64,000 bases of DNA from an uncultured Actinomyces sp. (GCA_964345125.1 CAYFPY010000003.1:5185-69184); one strand, 5' to 3'. Shown: positions 9,344 to 21,518, numbered from the stretch's first letter. Translations and numbers: made by a program. Notes: generated from the sequence alone by a model not told the origin.

Positions 9344-9903
9344 ACTGCGTGGCTGCGCGGATCTGCTGCCATGGTTGCCGCCACGGCATCTATAACGCCT
9401 TCTCCTAAAGTGCGCCCAGTCCAGCCGCCAACCGCAGCGCCTGCTGCTACAACGAAGAGTGACCGTGGGTCCGTTGGCACGCCAATCGAAGGACGCGCCA
9501 ACCGTCCTAAAGACCCCAAGGCTACGTCGGCAGCGGGGAAGGTAGCACCCACTAGCAGAGCCGTCCGCAAAGCTTCGGCAACCTCAGGCGCAGCGCTACT
9601 AATGCCCAACAACCGTGCCCTGGCAACCACGTACAGAGCCGCTGCAGAAGCGAACCCCATCGTGGAAATGCGGTGAGCATATTTAGACAGTCTCCCAACG
9701 GTTTTGCTCGAGGCCACACCGATGCCATTAGCAAGCCCGGTCCCTGCTGCGGCAACGAGAAAGATCCGGTCTAGCCGCCGAAGAGAGCGTGCTGGATTGT
9801 TGCCTTTGTTGGCAATGTTTAACCGCTTCACGAGGGCGTCAACAATTTTCTCTTGACCGGCCAGTAAATCGGTAATTAGGCGACCTTCTAAGCTCTGGTC
9901 CAT
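9340..9903 (-). CDS. hypothetical Ala/Gly-rich protein with possible membrane segments
   Basis: The ATG at 9903 is preceded by GGGAGGG. The 3' end overlaps the TetR gene by 4 nt (convergent). I recognise no family motif. Confidence 0.5.
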   Translation of the reverse strand: MDQSLEGRLITDLLAGQEKIVDALVKRLNIANKGNNPARSLRRLDRIFLVAAAGTGLANGIGVASSKTVGRLSKYAHRISTMGFASAAALYVVARARLLGISSAAPEVAEALRTALLVGATFPAADVALGSLGRLARPSIGVPTDPRSLFVVAAGAAVGGWTGRTLGEGVIDAVAATMAADPRSHAV

Positions 9904-9926
9904 CAACCCTCCCAACCCACAAACTG

Positions 9927-10010
<84 letters not shown>

Positions 10011-10025
10011 TCACCGCCACTCAGT

Positions 10026-11123
10026 CTAACCCGCTTTAGCCTGAACGGGTAAATCCTTGCGTGCTCTTGTGATGGTAGCCTCTGCCAAGACCTGACTTCC
10101 ACGGTAGACAACAAGAGACTGCCCCCCGGCAACTCCGCGGATAGGCTCCGTTAGGAAGACTTCCATTGCTTCCCCGGTCTGTATGTGTTTAACGGGGATT
10201 GCTCGCCCATGGGCCCTAATCTGCACCGATAGTTCACCCACGAATGGTTCGTATTGGACCAGGTCGTGCACCTCTATCACGTCCACACTTAAGAGTTCTG
10301 ATTCTCCCACCACCACGGTGTTGGTTTTAGGGTCTGTTCCTAAAACGTACCTGGGTTTACCCGAGGCCGCGGGCACATTTAGCCCCAAGCCTTTTCTTTG
10401 CCCAACAGTAAACCGATAGTACCCTTCGTGTGTGCCTACGACGTTGCCGGCAGTGTCCACGATATCTCCCGTTTCGCCGCCCAGGTGACGTTGGAGGAAC
10501 CCTTGAGTGTCCCCATCTGGAATAAAACAAATGTCGTAAGAATCAGGCTTGTTAGACACGCCCAATCCCCTCAGATCAGCCTGTTCACGCACCCAGGCTT
10601 TCGCTGGCGCATCTCCGAGTGGAAGAAGTACTCTGCCCAAGTCTTCTTTCCCTATTACTGCCAGTACATATGACTGGTCCTTAGCGTGGTCCAAACCGCG
10701 GTGGAGTTCCGGCCCGTTGTCTCCATTGATAATGCGAGCGTAGTGTCCGGTGACAACGGCATCAAACCCAAGGGCTTTCCCCCGGTCTAACAGTTCTTGA
10801 AACTTCACGAACTCGTTACATCTCACGCAAGGATTGGGAGTGTGCCCCGCACGGTATTCGGACAGAAAATCTTTGATCACCGTGTCTTCAAATTCTTGCG
10901 CTAGATCCCATATTTGAAAGGGAATACCCAGAACTGCGGCAGCCCGGGCTGCGTCCTGAGCATCTTCCTCTGAACAGCATCCGACGCCCCTGCCCACACC
11001 ACACGTGCGGGGTTCTGCCGACAACGACATGTGAACACCCGTAACGTCGTGGCCCATGTCCACCGCCAGGGCAGCGGCAACAGCCGAATCTACTCCACCC
11101 GACAGGGCAGCTAAAACCTTCAT
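10026..11123 (-). CDS. mnmA: tRNA 2-thiouridine(34) synthase
   Basis: PP-loop MKVLAALSGGVDSAVAA, the catalytic Cys region NPCVRCN, and 365 aa. Confidence 0.9.
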   Translation of the reverse strand: MKVLAALSGGVDSAVAAALAVDMGHDVTGVHMSLSAEPRTCGVGRGVGCCSEEDAQDAARAAAVLGIPFQIWDLAQEFEDTVIKDFLSEYRAGHTPNPCVRCNEFVKFQELLDRGKALGFDAVVTGHYARIINGDNGPELHRGLDHAKDQSYVLAVIGKEDLGRVLLPLGDAPAKAWVREQADLRGLGVSNKPDSYDICFIPDGDTQGFLQRHLGGETGDIVDTAGNVVGTHEGYYRFTVGQRKGLGLNVPAASGKPRYVLGTDPKTNTVVVGESELLSVDVIEVHDLVQYEPFVGELSVQIRAHGRAIPVKHIQTGEAMEVFLTEPIRGVAGGQSLVVYRGSQVLAEATITRARKDLPVQAKAG

Positions 11124-11163
11124 GATGTTATCCTGACCTATTCTGCGACCCTGTGTCTAGGGA

Positions 11164-12114
11164 CTACTGGGAACTACGTAACGTCTCTAGGGCTTGGGGA
11201 ACCACCTCAGCCACGTCCCCTATCACCGCAAAATCAGCCATCTCCACAATGGGGGCATCCGGGTCGTCCACCACAACCGCCACCACCTGCGAAGCCATCA
11301 TGCCCGAAGTGTGGTGAATCGCGCCGTAAACGCCCAAGCCGATATACAGGTCAGGAGCAATTGAGACACCTGTCTGCCCGATCTGGGTGGATCGGTCCAC
11401 CCAACCCTCATCACAAGCAACTCGGGTAGACCCCACTGCGCCACCAAGCTCCTGGGCAAGTTCTCCCACAAGCTCAAAGTCGCCATCAACGCCTCGACCT
11501 CCAACTACCACCACGGAAGCATCCGTCAAACTGACGCCAGAACCGGCTGGGCTAGGCACTGATTCTTCGACTGTTATGGCCTTCGCCGTTGCTGGGACCT
11601 GGACAGGAAGCTCAACGAGTTCAGCCGGTCCCTGTTCAACTTCCTGGTCACTGCCACTTCCTAATCTGAGTGCCAGAACCGGGAAAGAGCTAGTCGCCCT
11701 AAACGTGGTATTCCAGGCGCCACCAAGTGCAGACTTTTTTCCAAAGAGGGTTCCCTCCTGCTCCCAGACTTCGGCAACATCAACGGCCACCGCTGCGTCC
11801 AAGGCCACACCAACCATTGCGCTGGCGGCACGCCCCAGATAGGTCGCGGAAAACAGTATGCCCCCCACCTGTCCTATCTGTTTTACAGCCTCTTCGACAC
11901 CTGCTGCAACTGCTGCGGCAATCAACGGGTTATAGTCCTGGCCCTGCGGAACAAAGATCTGGTCCACCCCACACTCGGCAAGGGCGCTCTGATCTTCTGG
12001 CTGAGCCAGTGCGTACACGGTCCCCGAGGTAAGAGTGCGAGCCAACGTCGCCACCTTCAATGAGGCTGGCGTCAAAGGCTCAGAAATTACAACAAGAATA
12101 GGTTTATCCATCAC
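11164..12114 (-). CDS. etfA: electron transfer flavoprotein subunit alpha
   Basis: C-terminal FAD-binding region (VVVVGGRG ... IAPDLYIGLGVYGAIHHTSGM). It overlaps the upstream etfB by 4 nt. Confidence 0.85.
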   Translation of the reverse strand: MMDKPILVVISEPLTPASLKVATLARTLTSGTVYALAQPEDQSALAECGVDQIFVPQGQDYNPLIAAAVAAGVEEAVKQIGQVGGILFSATYLGRAASAMVGVALDAAVAVDVAEVWEQEGTLFGKKSALGGAWNTTFRATSSFPVLALRLGSGSDQEVEQGPAELVELPVQVPATAKAITVEESVPSPAGSGVSLTDASVVVVGGRGVDGDFELVGELAQELGGAVGSTRVACDEGWVDRSTQIGQTGVSIAPDLYIGLGVYGAIHHTSGMMASQVVAVVVDDPDAPIVEMADFAVIGDVAEVVPQALETLRSSQ

Positions 12115-12872
12115 TTTTCTACCTGCTCCAATAGGAATGCTGCCAACTGCGCACCCGCATCTCCCATATCGTTTACGACCCGCCCCTCAGCTTTCTGCTT
12201 TGGGGTCGCACTTACCACTTCTAACCTGGTTATACTGGCACCTTCCGGCAGCGGCGATGCCACTTCGTCTAAGGGCTTAGCCCTGGCAGCTCGCATAGTC
12301 TTGAACGAGGGATAGCGGGGTTCGTTCACCTGGTCCGTCACAGACACCACCACTGGTGCAAGAGCTGACAGCGTTTGCGTGTACCCATCAGTGTGCCTTT
12401 CAATGGTGACTTTCAGGGGGTCTGGTTGGACGCTCACCTTTTCTGCAATATCCAACAGTGGCCAACCCAAATGCGCTGCGACTGCGGCTGGGACCAGGGA
12501 AGTCATACCATCCAGCGTTCCCATTCCCGCCAGAACAAGATCCGGTTCTTCCTGCTTTGCCAGGGAAGCTAAGACCTCCGCTGTTCCCAAAGCATCAGCC
12601 CCACCTAAGTTTTCATCATCAACGCGGATTCCCCTGTCGGCACCCATTTGCAACGCGCGGAAGACGGCCTCGTCTGCTTCACCCGGTCCCATCGTTACAG
12701 CAACGACCTCACCGCCGTGATCTTCCACCAAAGAAACAGCTTCCTCTATGGCGTACTCATCTAACTCATTCAGCACATCATCCTCACCGCGCACAATCCG
12801 GCCATCTTCAATTTTTCGGTCGGAATCCACGTCGGGAACATATTTAACGAACACGACTATTTTCATATTCAC
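12111..12872 (-). CDS. etfB: electron transfer flavoprotein subunit beta
   Basis: N-terminus MKIVVFVKYVPD, a length of about 250 aa, and pairing with etfA. Confidence 0.85.
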   Translation of the reverse strand: MNMKIVVFVKYVPDVDSDRKIEDGRIVRGEDDVLNELDEYAIEEAVSLVEDHGGEVVAVTMGPGEADEAVFRALQMGADRGIRVDDENLGGADALGTAEVLASLAKQEEPDLVLAGMGTLDGMTSLVPAAVAAHLGWPLLDIAEKVSVQPDPLKVTIERHTDGYTQTLSALAPVVVSVTDQVNEPRYPSFKTMRAARAKPLDEVASPLPEGASITRLEVVSATPKQKAEGRVVNDMGDAGAQLAAFLLEQVEK

Positions 12873-12964
12873 AGCTTGCCACGATATTTCGTCAATGTGA
12901 ATTGCCCCGAGCAGCCCAACGTGCTCAACGGGTACAATCTCAACAGCAAAAGCTTAGGTAATCT

Positions 12965-15190
12965 ATGCGCAACCAACCTGAAGTGAGTGACCGAATGAGC
13001 GAAGATTTAGCTGGTAGGGAAACCGGTACCAACGGCAGCTATCCGACCCAAAAGATCGGTGTGCACCCATCCCCTCATGGCGGTCTGAACATCACCTTAG
13101 TGGCCCCAAATGCAACGGCGGTCGAGTTCTGTGCGCTAACCGGGGCCAAGGAAAACCTCACCGAGCAGCGTTGGCCACTCAGCGGACCCGAAGATGGACT
13201 TTGGCAGAGCTACGTGCCAGACCTGACGGAAGGAACGCTCTACGGTTTCCGAGTGCACGGCCCTTGGGATCCCGACGGAGGCCTAACTTACGATGCAAAT
13301 GCTCTCCTGATTGACCCCTACGGTCGTGCTGTCACAGAAGTTTCACTTGCCGGGAAACCGCAACACGTGTCGGTCGTTATCGGCGAAGGGTTTCAACAGG
13401 CTTCCCGCCCCCTCGTACCGTGGAACCAAACCGTCTTGTACGAAACACATGTCAAGAGCTTCACCCAAAACCTGCCTGGAATCCCAGAAGAACTGCGGGG
13501 AACTTACGCAGGCCTTGCCCATCCCGCGGCGATCAAGCACCTGCAAAACCTAGGGGTTACCAGCCTGGAACTGCTCCCGGTTCACGCAAAGCGTTCTGAG
13601 CCATTCCTCAAAGAGAGGGGCTTGGAAAACTACTGGGGCTATTCAACGCTGTCCTTCTTCTCCCCCGAACCGTCCTACGCAACCGAAGCGGCTCAAAAAG
13701 CTGGTCCGCAAGCGGTGGTCGACGAGTTTCGGGGAATGGTGTCACTGCTCCATGAGGCAGGTTTGGAGCTGATTTTGGATGTGGTTTACAACCATACGTG
13801 CGAGGGCGGAGACGACGGCCCCACGCTCTCGTGGCGAGGAATCGATTCGCTGCTCTACTACAGACACCTCCCGGAACGACCGCGGCGCATGATTGACGAC
13901 ACAGGCACCGGAAACACGGTGAACTTTTCTCACATGCGCGTGGTGCAGATGGCCCTGGATTCCATGCGTTACTGGGTTGAAGAGATGGGGGTGGACGGGT
14001 TCCGGTTCGACCTGGCTTCCACGATGGGCCGTTTGGACGATGGGTTCACACCCTACCACCCCTTTTTCGTAGCTGCTGCCACCGACCCGACCCTGCGAGA
14101 AACGAAACTTATTGCAGAACCATGGGACATTGGCCCGGGGGGCTGGCAGACCGGTAACTATCCTTTCCCGTTAGCTGAATGGAATGACCTATACAGGGAT
14201 GCGGTCCGCAAATTCTGGCTGTCCGACATTCGTCGACTTGTGGAGGGCGGATCCGTTCCTGGACCCAACGAGCTTGCCACTCGAATCGCGGGAAGTGCAG
14301 ACCTGTTTGGACGCGGTTCTGGCAACCAGCGAGGCCCGAAAGCTTCAATCAACTTTGTGGCAGCGCACGACGGTTTCACCTTGGCGGACCTAACTCGTTA
14401 TGACCACAAACATAACTGGGAGAACCAGGAAGATAACAGGGATGGGTCATCTAACAACAACTCCTGGAACCATGGCCTCGAAGGGCCCGCCGTACAGTGG
14501 GAAGGGCCCGGTCCCGACCGACTGTCCAACAACGACCTGTCGCAGGAAGAACGCAAAACCATTGAGGTTTCTCGTCAACGGTCCGCACGCAATTTGCTGG
14601 CAACCCTCCTTATTTCCGCTGGAACACCCATGTTGAATGGGGGTGACGAGATGCTGCGCAGTCAAAGGGGAAACAACAACACCTACTGTCAGGATTCCCC
14701 GACCTCTTGGTTTGACTGGAACCTGGTAGAACAACAGGAAAACTTTCTTCGGACCACAAAGTATTTGCTGGGGTTACGTAGCACCTACCCGGTTCTGCGC
14801 CCCCGCCTCTTCAGCACCGGGCAGACACGCGAGGGAGACGCAATTCCAGATGTTTCTTGGCTGGACAGAAACGCGAATCCCCTAGAACGTGATGGGTGGT
14901 CTGACCCAATGAACCGGGTCTTTCAAATGCGCAGGTCAGGCAAACCCTGCTCCAGCCCCGACGCCCTCGTCGTCATTAATGGCACCGCCCAGGATGCACA
15001 CGTGCAGCTAGGCACTACGCCTGCCGATGCGTGGAGCCTGGTTTTCGACACCACTTGGGCTTCTCCAGCGCAGGGGGGCCTGCAAGATCCCGCTAAGGCC
15101 CTCGTGGACGGGCAGAAAGTCTCGGCCGGAACTGAGTTTGCAGTCGAGGCGCAATCAATGGCAATCTTCCTAGGTAGGAGGTCAAAGTGA
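12965..15190 (+). CDS. glgX: glycogen debranching enzyme (GH13)
   Basis: GH13 catalytic regions VDGFRFDLAS, AEPWD and FVAAHDGFTL, with an N-terminal CBM48-like region. An alternative ATG lies at 12995. Confidence 0.85.
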   Translation: MRNQPEVSDRMSEDLAGRETGTNGSYPTQKIGVHPSPHGGLNITLVAPNATAVEFCALTGAKENLTEQRWPLSGPEDGLWQSYVPDLTEGTLYGFRVHGPWDPDGGLTYDANALLIDPYGRAVTEVSLAGKPQHVSVVIGEGFQQASRPLVPWNQTVLYETHVKSFTQNLPGIPEELRGTYAGLAHPAAIKHLQNLGVTSLELLPVHAKRSEPFLKERGLENYWGYSTLSFFSPEPSYATEAAQKAGPQAVVDEFRGMVSLLHEAGLELILDVVYNHTCEGGDDGPTLSWRGIDSLLYYRHLPERPRRMIDDTGTGNTVNFSHMRVVQMALDSMRYWVEEMGVDGFRFDLASTMGRLDDGFTPYHPFFVAAATDPTLRETKLIAEPWDIGPGGWQTGNYPFPLAEWNDLYRDAVRKFWLSDIRRLVEGGSVPGPNELATRIAGSADLFGRGSGNQRGPKASINFVAAHDGFTLADLTRYDHKHNWENQEDNRDGSSNNNSWNHGLEGPAVQWEGPGPDRLSNNDLSQEERKTIEVSRQRSARNLLATLLISAGTPMLNGGDEMLRSQRGNNNTYCQDSPTSWFDWNLVEQQENFLRTTKYLLGLRSTYPVLRPRLFSTGQTREGDAIPDVSWLDRNANPLERDGWSDPMNRVFQMRRSGKPCSSPDALVVINGTAQDAHVQLGTTPADAWSLVFDTTWASPAQGGLQDPAKALVDGQKVSAGTEFAVEAQSMAIFLGRRSK

Positions 15191-16284
15191 ATGAACCATT
15201 AGCAGCAGTTGATTCTGAGATAGCTACAGCCTCAGTGAAACAGGCTCAGCAAAGATCTGAAGAACTAGACAGGGAAATCACCGAGGATCCATCCCGGTTC
15301 CGTGTTATGACTGGAGACCGGCCCACCGGCAAACTCCACCTTGGCCACTATTTTGGAACCCTCAAGTCGCGCGTCGAACTGCAGGACCGAGGAGTGGATA
15401 CCTGGATCCTAGTTGCCGATTACCAGGTGATCACAGACCGGGATGGGGTCGGACCTCTAAAAGAGCGGGTGTTAGGTTTACTTGCCGATTATCTCTCCGT
15501 TGGGATTGACCCCAGCCGCTCCACCATCTTCGCTCACTCTGCAGTCCCAGCTTTGAACCAGCTCATGCTTCCCTTCCTATCGTTGGTAACAGAAAGTGAG
15601 CTCCGGCGTAACCCAACTGTGAAAGCCGAGCAGGAAGCCACACAGGGAAAGGCCATGTCGGGACTCATGCTCACCTATCCTGTGCACCAGGCTGCAGACA
15701 TCCTGTTTTGCAATGCGAACCTGGTTCCCGTGGGGCAAGACCAGCTGCCCCACTTGGAACTTTCCCGCCAAATAGCGTCCCGGTTCAACCGGCGTTACGC
15801 ACCCGAGGGGAAACCGGTCTTCCGCCGCCCCGAAGCTCTGCTTTCAAACGCGCCTGCGCTTCTGGGCACAGATGGGACAAAAATGTCCAAGTCCCGAGGC
15901 AACACCATCGAGCTGTCCATGACTGAAGATGAAACAGCTAAGAAGCTGAAAAGAGCAAAAACTGACAGTGAGCGTACCATCACCTACGACCCCAAAAACC
16001 GGCCGGAAGTGGCGAACTTGCTTTTACTAGCGTCCATGGCCTCCGGCACCAGTGTGCAAGAACTGGCGGAGCAGATTGGCGACCAGGGCAGCGGGGCTCT
16101 AAAGGCGCTGGCAGTAGAGGCCGTGAATGAGACTCTTGCCCCCATCAGGCGGCGCCGGGCCGAACTTGAGCAGGACCCCAACTATCTTCTGGAGGTCCTG
16201 AAAGCGGGGAACACCAAAGCTAACGAAACAGCCAACAAAACGCTAGCTCGGGTGAATGAAAACATGCTGATGACCTACTACTAG
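15187..16284 (+). CDS. trpS: tryptophan--tRNA ligase
   Basis: HIGH-type motif KLHLGHYFG and KMSKS. The GTG start overlaps the glgX stop (GTGA). Confidence 0.9.
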   Translation: MNEPLAAVDSEIATASVKQAQQRSEELDREITEDPSRFRVMTGDRPTGKLHLGHYFGTLKSRVELQDRGVDTWILVADYQVITDRDGVGPLKERVLGLLADYLSVGIDPSRSTIFAHSAVPALNQLMLPFLSLVTESELRRNPTVKAEQEATQGKAMSGLMLTYPVHQAADILFCNANLVPVGQDQLPHLELSRQIASRFNRRYAPEGKPVFRRPEALLSNAPALLGTDGTKMSKSRGNTIELSMTEDETAKKLKRAKTDSERTITYDPKNRPEVANLLLLASMASGTSVQELAEQIGDQGSGALKALAVEAVNETLAPIRRRRAELEQDPNYLLEVLKAGNTKANETANKTLARVNENMLMTYY

Positions 16285-16310
16285 GTCCCCCACAGAGGTG
16301 GAATAGAGCC

Positions 16311-18407
16311 GTGAAACCAACGACGAAGCCGCTGATAAGCCGCATCCCAGCAATCGAAGTTTCCCCTGTTGTCGAAAATGCGACGTTCGCAGCGAAAGCT
16401 ACCGAAGGGGAGGCTTTTCCCATCCAGGCGACAGTGTTCAGGGAAGGCCACGATAGGTACGGCGCCGACGCTGTCCTAATCACTCCGGACGGTCAGGTAC
16501 ATTCCCGCACCCGAATGTACGATGTTTCTCCCGGGAACGATCGGCTAGAAGCCTGGGTGGCGGCCAACAGAACCGGAAAATGGGCTTTCCGAATTGAAAC
16601 CTGGTCTGACCCATGGGGCACCTGGAAACATGCTGCCGCCGTGAAAATAGAAGCTGGCCAAGACGTGGAAATAATGACGCAGGAAGGAGCTAATCTACTG
16701 GAAAGAGCAGCAAGAGGAACCTTCTTGCCTGCACCCAACCCTCCACAATCACCGCCCTACCGGGCGTCACAGCCCGACGAATCAGCAAAAAGAGAACTCC
16801 TTCTGGCCGCAAAAGCACTGCGCAATTCCACCGAGGATGCGCTCACCCGCTACTCCGCAGCAACGTCCTCCAGAATTGACAAAATTATGGAACAGTACCC
16901 GCTGCGAGACTTCATCGAATCGACGGCGCACTACCCTATCCAAGTAGATAGAAAAGCCGCCCTCTACGGATCCTGGTACCAAGTGTTCCCCCGCTCATTC
17001 GGAGCGAAACAAAAAGCAGATGGTACCTGGAAGTCCGGGACCCTATCCGCCCTCACCAATGTGGTTGCCGACATAGCGCAACAGGGCTACACAGTTCTAT
17101 ATCTGACGCCGATCCACCCCATCGGCACCACACTACGGAAAGGCCGCAACAACACGCTCACCGCTGAAGATGGTGACCCAGGATCGCCGTACGGTATTGG
17201 GGGCGAGGCCGGGGGCCATGAAGCCATCCACCCAGATCTGGGAGATTTCGCAGATTTTCGGGCTCTAGTCGAAGAAGCCAGAAACAACGGAATGGAGGTG
17301 GCACTCGATCTTGCCCTGCAAGCCTCACCAGACCACCCCTGGGTCAAGAACCACCCCGAATGGTTCACCACCCGGGTAGATGGGTCCATTGCCTACGCGG
17401 AGAACCCACCCAAGAAGTACCAGGATATTTACCCTCTCAACTTCGACCAGGACCCGGAGGGCCTCTACGAAGCTATCGTGGAGCTTGTCGAACTGTGGAT
17501 TGAACAGGGCGTAACCCTTTTCCGGGTAGACAACCCACACACCAAACCCCTGCCCTTCTGGGAACGGTTTCTTGCCTACATGCGCTCGGCGCACCCCCAA
17601 ATCATCTTCCTTGCCGAAGCCTTCACAAGACCGGCCATGATGCGCACGCTCGGAATGATCGGGTTCCAACAGTCCTACACCTACTTCGCTTGGCGAGTAA
17701 CCAAACACGAACTGACCGACTACTTCACTGAAGTCTCAAAGACCACACCGTTCCTCATGCGCCCCAGTTTCTGGCCTATAACCCATGACATCCTCACGCC
17801 ACAAATGGTTACTGGCGGAGAAGAAATCTTCCAAATCAGAGCTGTTCTGGCTGCCACGGGTTCACCTACCTACGGCATCTACTCGGGTTACGAACTAACC
17901 GAGAACGTGCAGCGCCCTGGATTTGAAGAACAGATAGACAACGAAAAGTATGAGTACAAGCCCAGACTGGTTGCCGACCTCACCCAGAGCCGCACCGGGA
18001 AACTACTGAAAACCCTCAACCACATCAGGGCAACCCACCCGGCGCTGCAGCAGCTTCATTCCATCAGTTTCCACCACACAACCAACGACAAAGTCATTTG
18101 CTATTCAAAGCACGTGCCCGCACAGTTTTCCGCTACGGGGGAAGCCGACACCATTATCGTTGTTGTGAGTTTAGATCCCCACCATGAGGTCGAATCGACA
18201 ATCTACCTGGACGAGGGCGGCCTTTTCGAACCCAGTACCCGCTCAAGGCTCGGCCAGAACTCGCAGGCACCTCCAAAGGTTCCCTTGAAATTAGACCTCA
18301 CGGATCTTCTTGATCAGCGTACGTACTCCTGGGGGCGAGAGAACTATGTCCGTTTCTCCCCCGCCACCCGCCTTGCCCACGTATTCCACGTGACGCAGTC
18401 ACACTGA
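16311..18407 (+). CDS. glgE: alpha-1,4-glucan:maltose-1-phosphate maltosyltransferase
   Basis: About 700 aa. N-terminus [23 protein letters not shown], catalytic region [14 protein letters not shown], and FLAEAFT. Adjacent to glgB. Confidence 0.85.
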   Translation: MKPTTKPLISRIPAIEVSPVVENATFAAKATEGEAFPIQATVFREGHDRYGADAVLITPDGQVHSRTRMYDVSPGNDRLEAWVAANRTGKWAFRIETWSDPWGTWKHAAAVKIEAGQDVEIMTQEGANLLERAARGTFLPAPNPPQSPPYRASQPDESAKRELLLAAKALRNSTEDALTRYSAATSSRIDKIMEQYPLRDFIESTAHYPIQVDRKAALYGSWYQVFPRSFGAKQKADGTWKSGTLSALTNVVADIAQQGYTVLYLTPIHPIGTTLRKGRNNTLTAEDGDPGSPYGIGGEAGGHEAIHPDLGDFADFRALVEEARNNGMEVALDLALQASPDHPWVKNHPEWFTTRVDGSIAYAENPPKKYQDIYPLNFDQDPEGLYEAIVELVELWIEQGVTLFRVDNPHTKPLPFWERFLAYMRSAHPQIIFLAEAFTRPAMMRTLGMIGFQQSYTYFAWRVTKHELTDYFTEVSKTTPFLMRPSFWPITHDILTPQMVTGGEEIFQIRAVLAATGSPTYGIYSGYELTENVQRPGFEEQIDNEKYEYKPRLVADLTQSRTGKLLKTLNHIRATHPALQQLHSISFHHTTNDKVICYSKHVPAQFSATGEADTIIVVVSLDPHHEVESTIYLDEGGLFEPSTRSRLGQNSQAPPKVPLKLDLTDLLDQRTYSWGRENYVRFSPATRLAHVFHVTQSH

Positions 18408-18468
18408 CAAGAAAATAATTCAAAGAAGTGCTTCCCACCCACCCAAGAAGCGACGCATTTGTGGGAAG

Positions 18469-20652
18469 ATGAGGAGTATGACTACCAAGCCGTTCCCCAT
18501 ATCCACCGAACAACTCCAAGCCGTTGCAAACGGTGAGCATTACGCTCCCCACTCCATTCTTGGAGCCCACCCCACCGATGAAGGCACGGTGGTGCGAACG
18601 GTTCGCCATCTCGCTGACGAAGTGGTTATAGTTACCAAAGAGGGCCAGTTTCCCGCACAGCACGAGCACAACGGAGTTTGGGTCGCAGTTTTGCCCGGAA
18701 CCGGAATCCCTGATTATCGGGTGAGAGCCACCTACGGAACCGTAACAAAAGAAACCGATGACCCCTACCGGCACCTGCCGACCCTTGGGGAACTAGATAC
18801 CCACCTTTTTTCGGAAGGGCGACACGAAGAACTCTGGAAAGTTCTTGGAGCCCACCTGCGTGAAATAAACGGTGACATGGGCACCTCCTCCGGAGTGTCT
18901 TTTAGTGTTTGGGCCCCCAACGCGCAGGCAGTGAGAGTCGTTGGCGACTTCAACAACTGGAATGGTCTTGGTGCTGCCATGCGTTCCCTAGGATCCTCTG
19001 GCGTCTGGGAAGTTTTCTTACCTGGTGTTGAGGTAGGTGCCCGCTACAAGTTTGAAATCCGCGGACCGGACGGCAACTGGTTCCAAAAAGCCGACCCAAT
19101 GGCCCAAGCCACCGAGGTACCCCCAGCGACCGCTTCGGTCGTAACAGATGGCGGATACGTTTGGGGCGACGAATCCTGGATGGCTCACCGCACCAGCAAC
19201 CACGACAAGCCAGTATCCATCTACGAGTTGCACTTGGGTTCCTGGCAGCAGGGACTGTCCTACCGAGCCTTGGCTGACAGCCTGGTGGCCTACGTTCTGG
19301 ACATGGGGTACACCCACGTGGAAATGATGCCCGTGATGGAGCACCCTTTTGGTGGTTCCTGGGGGTACCAGGTGACCTCCTACTATGCCCCCACTTCCCG
19401 CTACGGCGTTCCCAACGACTTCCGCTACCTGGTTGACCAACTACACCAGGCAGGGATAGGCGTCATTCTGGACTGGGTACCCGCTCACTTCCCAAAGGAT
19501 GCTTGGGCCCTAGCCCGCTTTGATGGAACTGCCCTGTACGAAGACCCTGACCCTCAACGGGGCGAGCACCCGGACTGGGGCACCCTGGTTTTTAACTACG
19601 GTCGTAACGAAGTGCGTAACTTTCTGTTAGCGAACGCTCTGTACTGGCTAGAGGAGTTCCACATTGACGGCCTGCGGGTCGACGCGGTCGCGTCAATGCT
19701 CTACCTGGATTATTCCCGCCAGGACGGCGAATGGTCCCCCAACCAGTTTGGCGGACGAGAGCACCTCGAAGCCATCCAGTTCCTCCAAGAAACAAACGCC
19801 ACCGCCTACCGCCGCAATCCTGGCATCATGATGATTGCAGAAGAATCTACGGCCTGGCCTGGCGTAACAGCACCAACATCCGGGGGAGGACTAGGATTTG
19901 GATTCAAGTGGAACATGGGGTGGATGAACGACACTCTGCGCTACATGGCTGAGGACCCTGTGAACCGACGGTGGCATCACGGCGAACTGACCTTCTCCCT
20001 CGTTTATGCATTCTCAGAGAACTTTGTGCTTCCCCTCTCCCACGATGAAGTTGTCCATGGGAAAGGTTCCATCATTGCAAAGATGCCCGGCGACAAGTGG
20101 CAAAAGCTCGCAAATATGCGTGCGCTTTACGCGTACCAGTGGTCCCACCCCGGCAAACAACTTCTGTTCATGGGCCAAGACATCGCTCAAGAAGGAGAGT
20201 GGAATGAGTCTTGGAGTTTGGACTGGTGGCTACTAGAAGATCCCAGCCACCGTGGCATCGCAGATCTGGTGCGTGACCTGAACAGTACCTACCGTTCCTC
20301 CCCAGCGCTGTGGGACGACGATTACACGGGTTTCGAATGGATAGATGCCGGTGACGCGGATAACAACGTGATTTCCTACATCCGCGCAGGTTTGAACGAG
20401 TCCGGCGAAATGGAACATTTGGTGTGCGTAGTTAACTTCGCTGGCATACCACACGAGGAATTCCGACTTGGACTGCCGTTCGCAGGGCAGTGGGAAGAAG
20501 TGTTGAACACGGACGCCCCTAAGTATGGCGGCTCTGGAGTTGTCAATCAGGCACCGATAACCACCGAGGCGCTTCCGTGGAACAATCAGGAAGTTTCGGC
20601 TGTGCTGCGCCTTCCCCCTCTTGGCTCAGTATGGTTGAAACGAATCGCCTAG
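18469..20652 (+). CDS. glgB: 1,4-alpha-glucan branching enzyme
   Basis: GH13 regions [23 protein letters not shown] and [11 protein letters not shown], with 727 aa. Confidence 0.9.
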   Translation: MRSMTTKPFPISTEQLQAVANGEHYAPHSILGAHPTDEGTVVRTVRHLADEVVIVTKEGQFPAQHEHNGVWVAVLPGTGIPDYRVRATYGTVTKETDDPYRHLPTLGELDTHLFSEGRHEELWKVLGAHLREINGDMGTSSGVSFSVWAPNAQAVRVVGDFNNWNGLGAAMRSLGSSGVWEVFLPGVEVGARYKFEIRGPDGNWFQKADPMAQATEVPPATASVVTDGGYVWGDESWMAHRTSNHDKPVSIYELHLGSWQQGLSYRALADSLVAYVLDMGYTHVEMMPVMEHPFGGSWGYQVTSYYAPTSRYGVPNDFRYLVDQLHQAGIGVILDWVPAHFPKDAWALARFDGTALYEDPDPQRGEHPDWGTLVFNYGRNEVRNFLLANALYWLEEFHIDGLRVDAVASMLYLDYSRQDGEWSPNQFGGREHLEAIQFLQETNATAYRRNPGIMMIAEESTAWPGVTAPTSGGGLGFGFKWNMGWMNDTLRYMAEDPVNRRWHHGELTFSLVYAFSENFVLPLSHDEVVHGKGSIIAKMPGDKWQKLANMRALYAYQWSHPGKQLLFMGQDIAQEGEWNESWSLDWWLLEDPSHRGIADLVRDLNSTYRSSPALWDDDYTGFEWIDAGDADNNVISYIRAGLNESGEMEHLVCVVNFAGIPHEEFRLGLPFAGQWEEVLNTDAPKYGGSGVVNQAPITTEALPWNNQEVSAVLRLPPLGSVWLKRIA

Positions 20653-21518
20653 ACCAACAGGATTGTGGCCAATTTTTGGCGAGCACTGTTAACCGCTTCG
20701 CGGTCCGAACCAATTTGCAGCAGCTGAACTAAGCGCACCCGAAGCTCTTCCTTCTCGGCACTGTCCTGGCTGCCTGCGATCTTTTCAAGCAGGATTGCGA
20801 AGGATTCTGCTTCACTGCCTTGGGCAAAAAGCTGATCCACCTGATCGCCCTCGTCTTCCAACCTGAGCTGAAACTCTGCTCTCTTCAGGGCGTCTTTAGC
20901 TTCCGTGTCCCCCGGGTTGTTAGCTAACACCTTCTTCCAAGCGGATATAGCCTCTTCCCAGTTCCCCGACTGCTCCATTTCCCTAGCGGCCTCATGCTCT
21001 GGCGGTAAAGGGGTCTCCAAGTCGCCAGCTCCTACCGCTATGCGTGAGTTTAAGCCCATCTCTTGGGCCGCTTGAAGTAGCTCACCCAAAACTTGGGTGA
21101 GCTGCTCGGGAGTTGGAGTGCCCTCGAAAAGTGGTACGGGTCTACGTCCAACCAGAGCGTAACCTGCCGGTATGGACTGCAGCTGCAAAGCAGTTGCTAA
21201 CGCCGGGTTCGCCTCAACGTCCAGCCTGGCCAACTGAAATGCGCCCTCAGACAGCCTAGTCATGTCCTCAACGGCTTTTAGGGTCTGTTTGGATGCTAGA
21301 GAACTCGCAGCATACGCAAACAGCACGACAGGTACGCTTTCGGATACCGCCATAGCCTGCTCAAAACTGGCTTCATCCACATCTACAATCAGTGGAGCTG
21401 TCACTGTACCACCAGGGTTCACGGCCTTTCCCCCCGGCGCTACCTGCCCCACTGTCGGTACTGCATCCGGTTGAGGTGCCACGCCAGAAAGGTCAACAGC
21501 ACCGTATTCGTTACTCAT
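20649..21518 (-). CDS. thioredoxin-fold plus TPR protein (YbbN/Rv1324-like co-chaperone type) lacking a CxxC motif
   Basis: An N-terminal Trx-like segment ([17 protein letters not shown] where CxxC would sit) and C-terminal TPR-like helices ([18 protein letters not shown]). Its position next to glgB matches the mycobacterial arrangement. Confidence 0.65.
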   Translation of the reverse strand: MSNEYGAVDLSGVAPQPDAVPTVGQVAPGGKAVNPGGTVTAPLIVDVDEASFEQAMAVSESVPVVLFAYAASSLASKQTLKAVEDMTRLSEGAFQLARLDVEANPALATALQLQSIPAGYALVGRRPVPLFEGTPTPEQLTQVLGELLQAAQEMGLNSRIAVGAGDLETPLPPEHEAAREMEQSGNWEEAISAWKKVLANNPGDTEAKDALKRAEFQLRLEDEGDQVDQLFAQGSEAESFAILLEKIAGSQDSAEKEELRVRLVQLLQIGSDREAVNSARQKLATILLV

